From a virus: a DNA stretch of 44,242 nt. The notes under the pieces are model-generated. The model was not told the DNA's origin, did no database searches, and was given only the letters and a program-made list of their open reading frames with translations. The translations under genes and the position numbers were made by a program. Positions 43,258-44,242 of the stretch are shown here, piece after piece; the stretch's first letter is position 1; every line of letters begins with the position of its first letter. The stretch is taken from positions 1 through 44,242 of the IMG/VR virus record IMGVR_UViG_3300045988_084446; one strand, given 5' to 3'.

Positions 43258-43767
43258 TTGCTTGAGAATGAAGTAGCTTTGCAGATGGCAGATGAGATAC
43301 GGCAAGACCGCAAGCGCGCAGAATCGATACTGCTGAACTATGCGGAGGAGCTAAGAACCTATCGACTGCAACGCGAGGAGTATGTGCGGGGCACCGTACA
43401 GGGAGGAGGCGGGAATCTGCCGGGACATCCGACGGAGGCGGAGGCGTTGCGTGGCGTCAAGTTTGACGAGACCTATCCTGCCTATACGTGGCTGCGTGCG
43501 GTGGAGTTTGTAGAGCGTGGGCTCTCGGAGCGCAAGCAAATATTTCTGGATGCACGGCGTAAGGCATCACGCCAAAAGGCAGGGAGAGGGCGTAGAGCGT
43601 GGCTTGTGCTGACACAAAGACTGTACTGCGAGGCGATACGGGAGCGGTTTCTCAATACGGAGTTCTTTGTGTCGGAGAGGACATTAAGGGCTATGTGGGA
43701 TTATATTGTTGCTCGAACTGTAGAGGCATATCTAAAACTCGAAAATAAATTAAATAGACATGTCTAA
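43258..43767 (+). CDS. Putative late-gene transcriptional activator (ArpU/RinA-like position, directly upstream of terS)
   Basis: TTG start with GAGGAGGG 8 nt upstream. Assigned by position and size only. Confidence 0.3.
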   Translation: MLENEVALQMADEIRQDRKRAESILLNYAEELRTYRLQREEYVRGTVQGGGGNLPGHPTEAEALRGVKFDETYPAYTWLRAVEFVERGLSERKQIFLDARRKASRQKAGRGRRAWLVLTQRLYCEAIRERFLNTEFFVSERTLRAMWDYIVARTVEAYLKLENKLNRHV

Positions 43768-43858
43768 TTAACGCCTTTTTCCGTGGTAATATGATAGCGT
43801 GGATTATTTAGGGAGAACCCTAAACCACTGATCTCTCCTCCTATATCCCCTCACGGTT

Positions 43859-43888
43859 AGCCGTCTCGTATGAGGCGGCTTTTCTATT
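43859..43888 (+). terminator. Rho-independent terminator upstream of terS
   Basis: AGCCGTCTC - GTAT - GAGGCGGCT, then TTTCTATT. Confidence 0.5.
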
Positions 43889-43986
43889 GGGCGAGGAGGG
43901 GGAGATATAAATTTTCGTGGTTTTTTATACTTCGTTTACGTGAAATGTAAAATATCCGGGTTTTTTATAAGTAAGGAGGTGATGAC

Positions 43987-44242
43987 GTGAAACTGACACC
44001 GAAGCAGATTAGGTTTGTAGATGAGTACCTTGTTGATTTCAACGCGACGCAGGCTGCAATCAGAGCCGGATATAGTAAAAAGACGGCGGCATTTATCGGT
44101 GCGGAAAACCTCAAAAAACCTAAAATCGCAGAAGAGATCGCACGTCGTCAGAAAGACCTCCAACGGCGCACTGAGGTGACACAGGAACGCGTTGTCAAAG
44201 AGCTTGCACGGATTGCCTTTGCAAACATAGCAGACTACCTAC
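43987..44242 (+). CDS. terS: Terminase small subunit, N-terminal part. The ORF continues across the window junction into 1..327
   Basis: GTG start at 43987 with AGGAGGT 7 nt upstream. Translation KLTPKQIRFVDEYLVDFNATQAAIRAGYSKKTAAF is a classic Terminase_2-type TerS N-terminus. The frame is open to the window end and is in phase with frame 1 at position 1. Confidence 0.8.
   Translation, partial: MKLTPKQIRFVDEYLVDFNATQAAIRAGYSKKTAAFIGAENLKKPKIAEEIARRQKDLQRRTEVTQERVVKELARIAFANIADYL
44188..44242. repeat. 55-bp sequence identical to 1..55: circular-genome closure or direct terminal redundancy
   Basis: Exact identity. The terS frame is continuous across it. Confidence 0.85.

Noticed and set aside
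43807-43824. Inverted repeat TTTAGGG-AGAA-CCCTAAA upstream of terS, considered as a pac/cos site or late-activator binding site
   Set aside because: It is a single short palindrome. It cannot be distinguished from chance or a generic protein site without terminus mapping, so it is mentioned only as a candidate.

Overview
This window reads as one complete, circularly permuted temperate phage genome of about 44.2 kb. The last 55 nt (44188..44242) are identical to the first 55 nt (1..55), and the small-terminase gene runs across that junction without a stop. Nearly all genes are on the + strand, tightly packed, with strong Shine-Dalgarno sites. Most of the genome is about 55-60% GC, and an accessory block at about 25.4-32 kb is visibly lower in GC.

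Gene order by module:
- Packaging and head (43987..6093): TerS, TerL, portal, scaffold, major capsid.
- Tail and ejection proteins (6160..23558), podovirus-like with T7-style organisation: gp11-like tubular A, gp12-like tubular B, three internal-virion proteins (one with a CHAP/NlpC-P60-like peptidase motif, one a 2995-aa giant), and a tail fibre with a T7 gp17-type N-terminus.
- Lysis (23601..25328): XhlA-like protein, two-TM holin, amidase_2 endolysin, i-spanin-like protein.
- Moron/hotspot (25398..26909): low-GC HhH-GPD-like protein, two near-consensus sigma70 promoters flanking a short terminated transcript, a very acidic Cys-containing small protein, and an orphan ribbon-helix-helix (RHH) protein.
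- Lysogeny block on the minus strand (26962..31960): serine recombinase, tyrosine integrase with TTGYCTACA arm-type repeats, then the ImmR-ImmA repressor operon, which appears to co-transcribe a small Zn-ribbon ORF, a 2-TM membrane protein, a secreted rhodanese and a secreted 8-cysteine peptide.
- Early, replication and recombination (32125..43767): divergent Cro-like switch, Xis-like HTH, LysM protein, SbcC-like ATPase, RecT, MBL nuclease, DnaD-like initiator containing 3x24-bp iterons, DnaC-like loader, DUF1064-like nuclease, orphan N6A/N4C methyltransferase, SSB, and a putative late activator.

The candidates most worth a second look are the lysogeny-expressed membrane/rhodanese/Cys-peptide operon, the giant ART+zincin polyvalent ejection protein, and a 15-18 bp motif present three times around the two recombinases.
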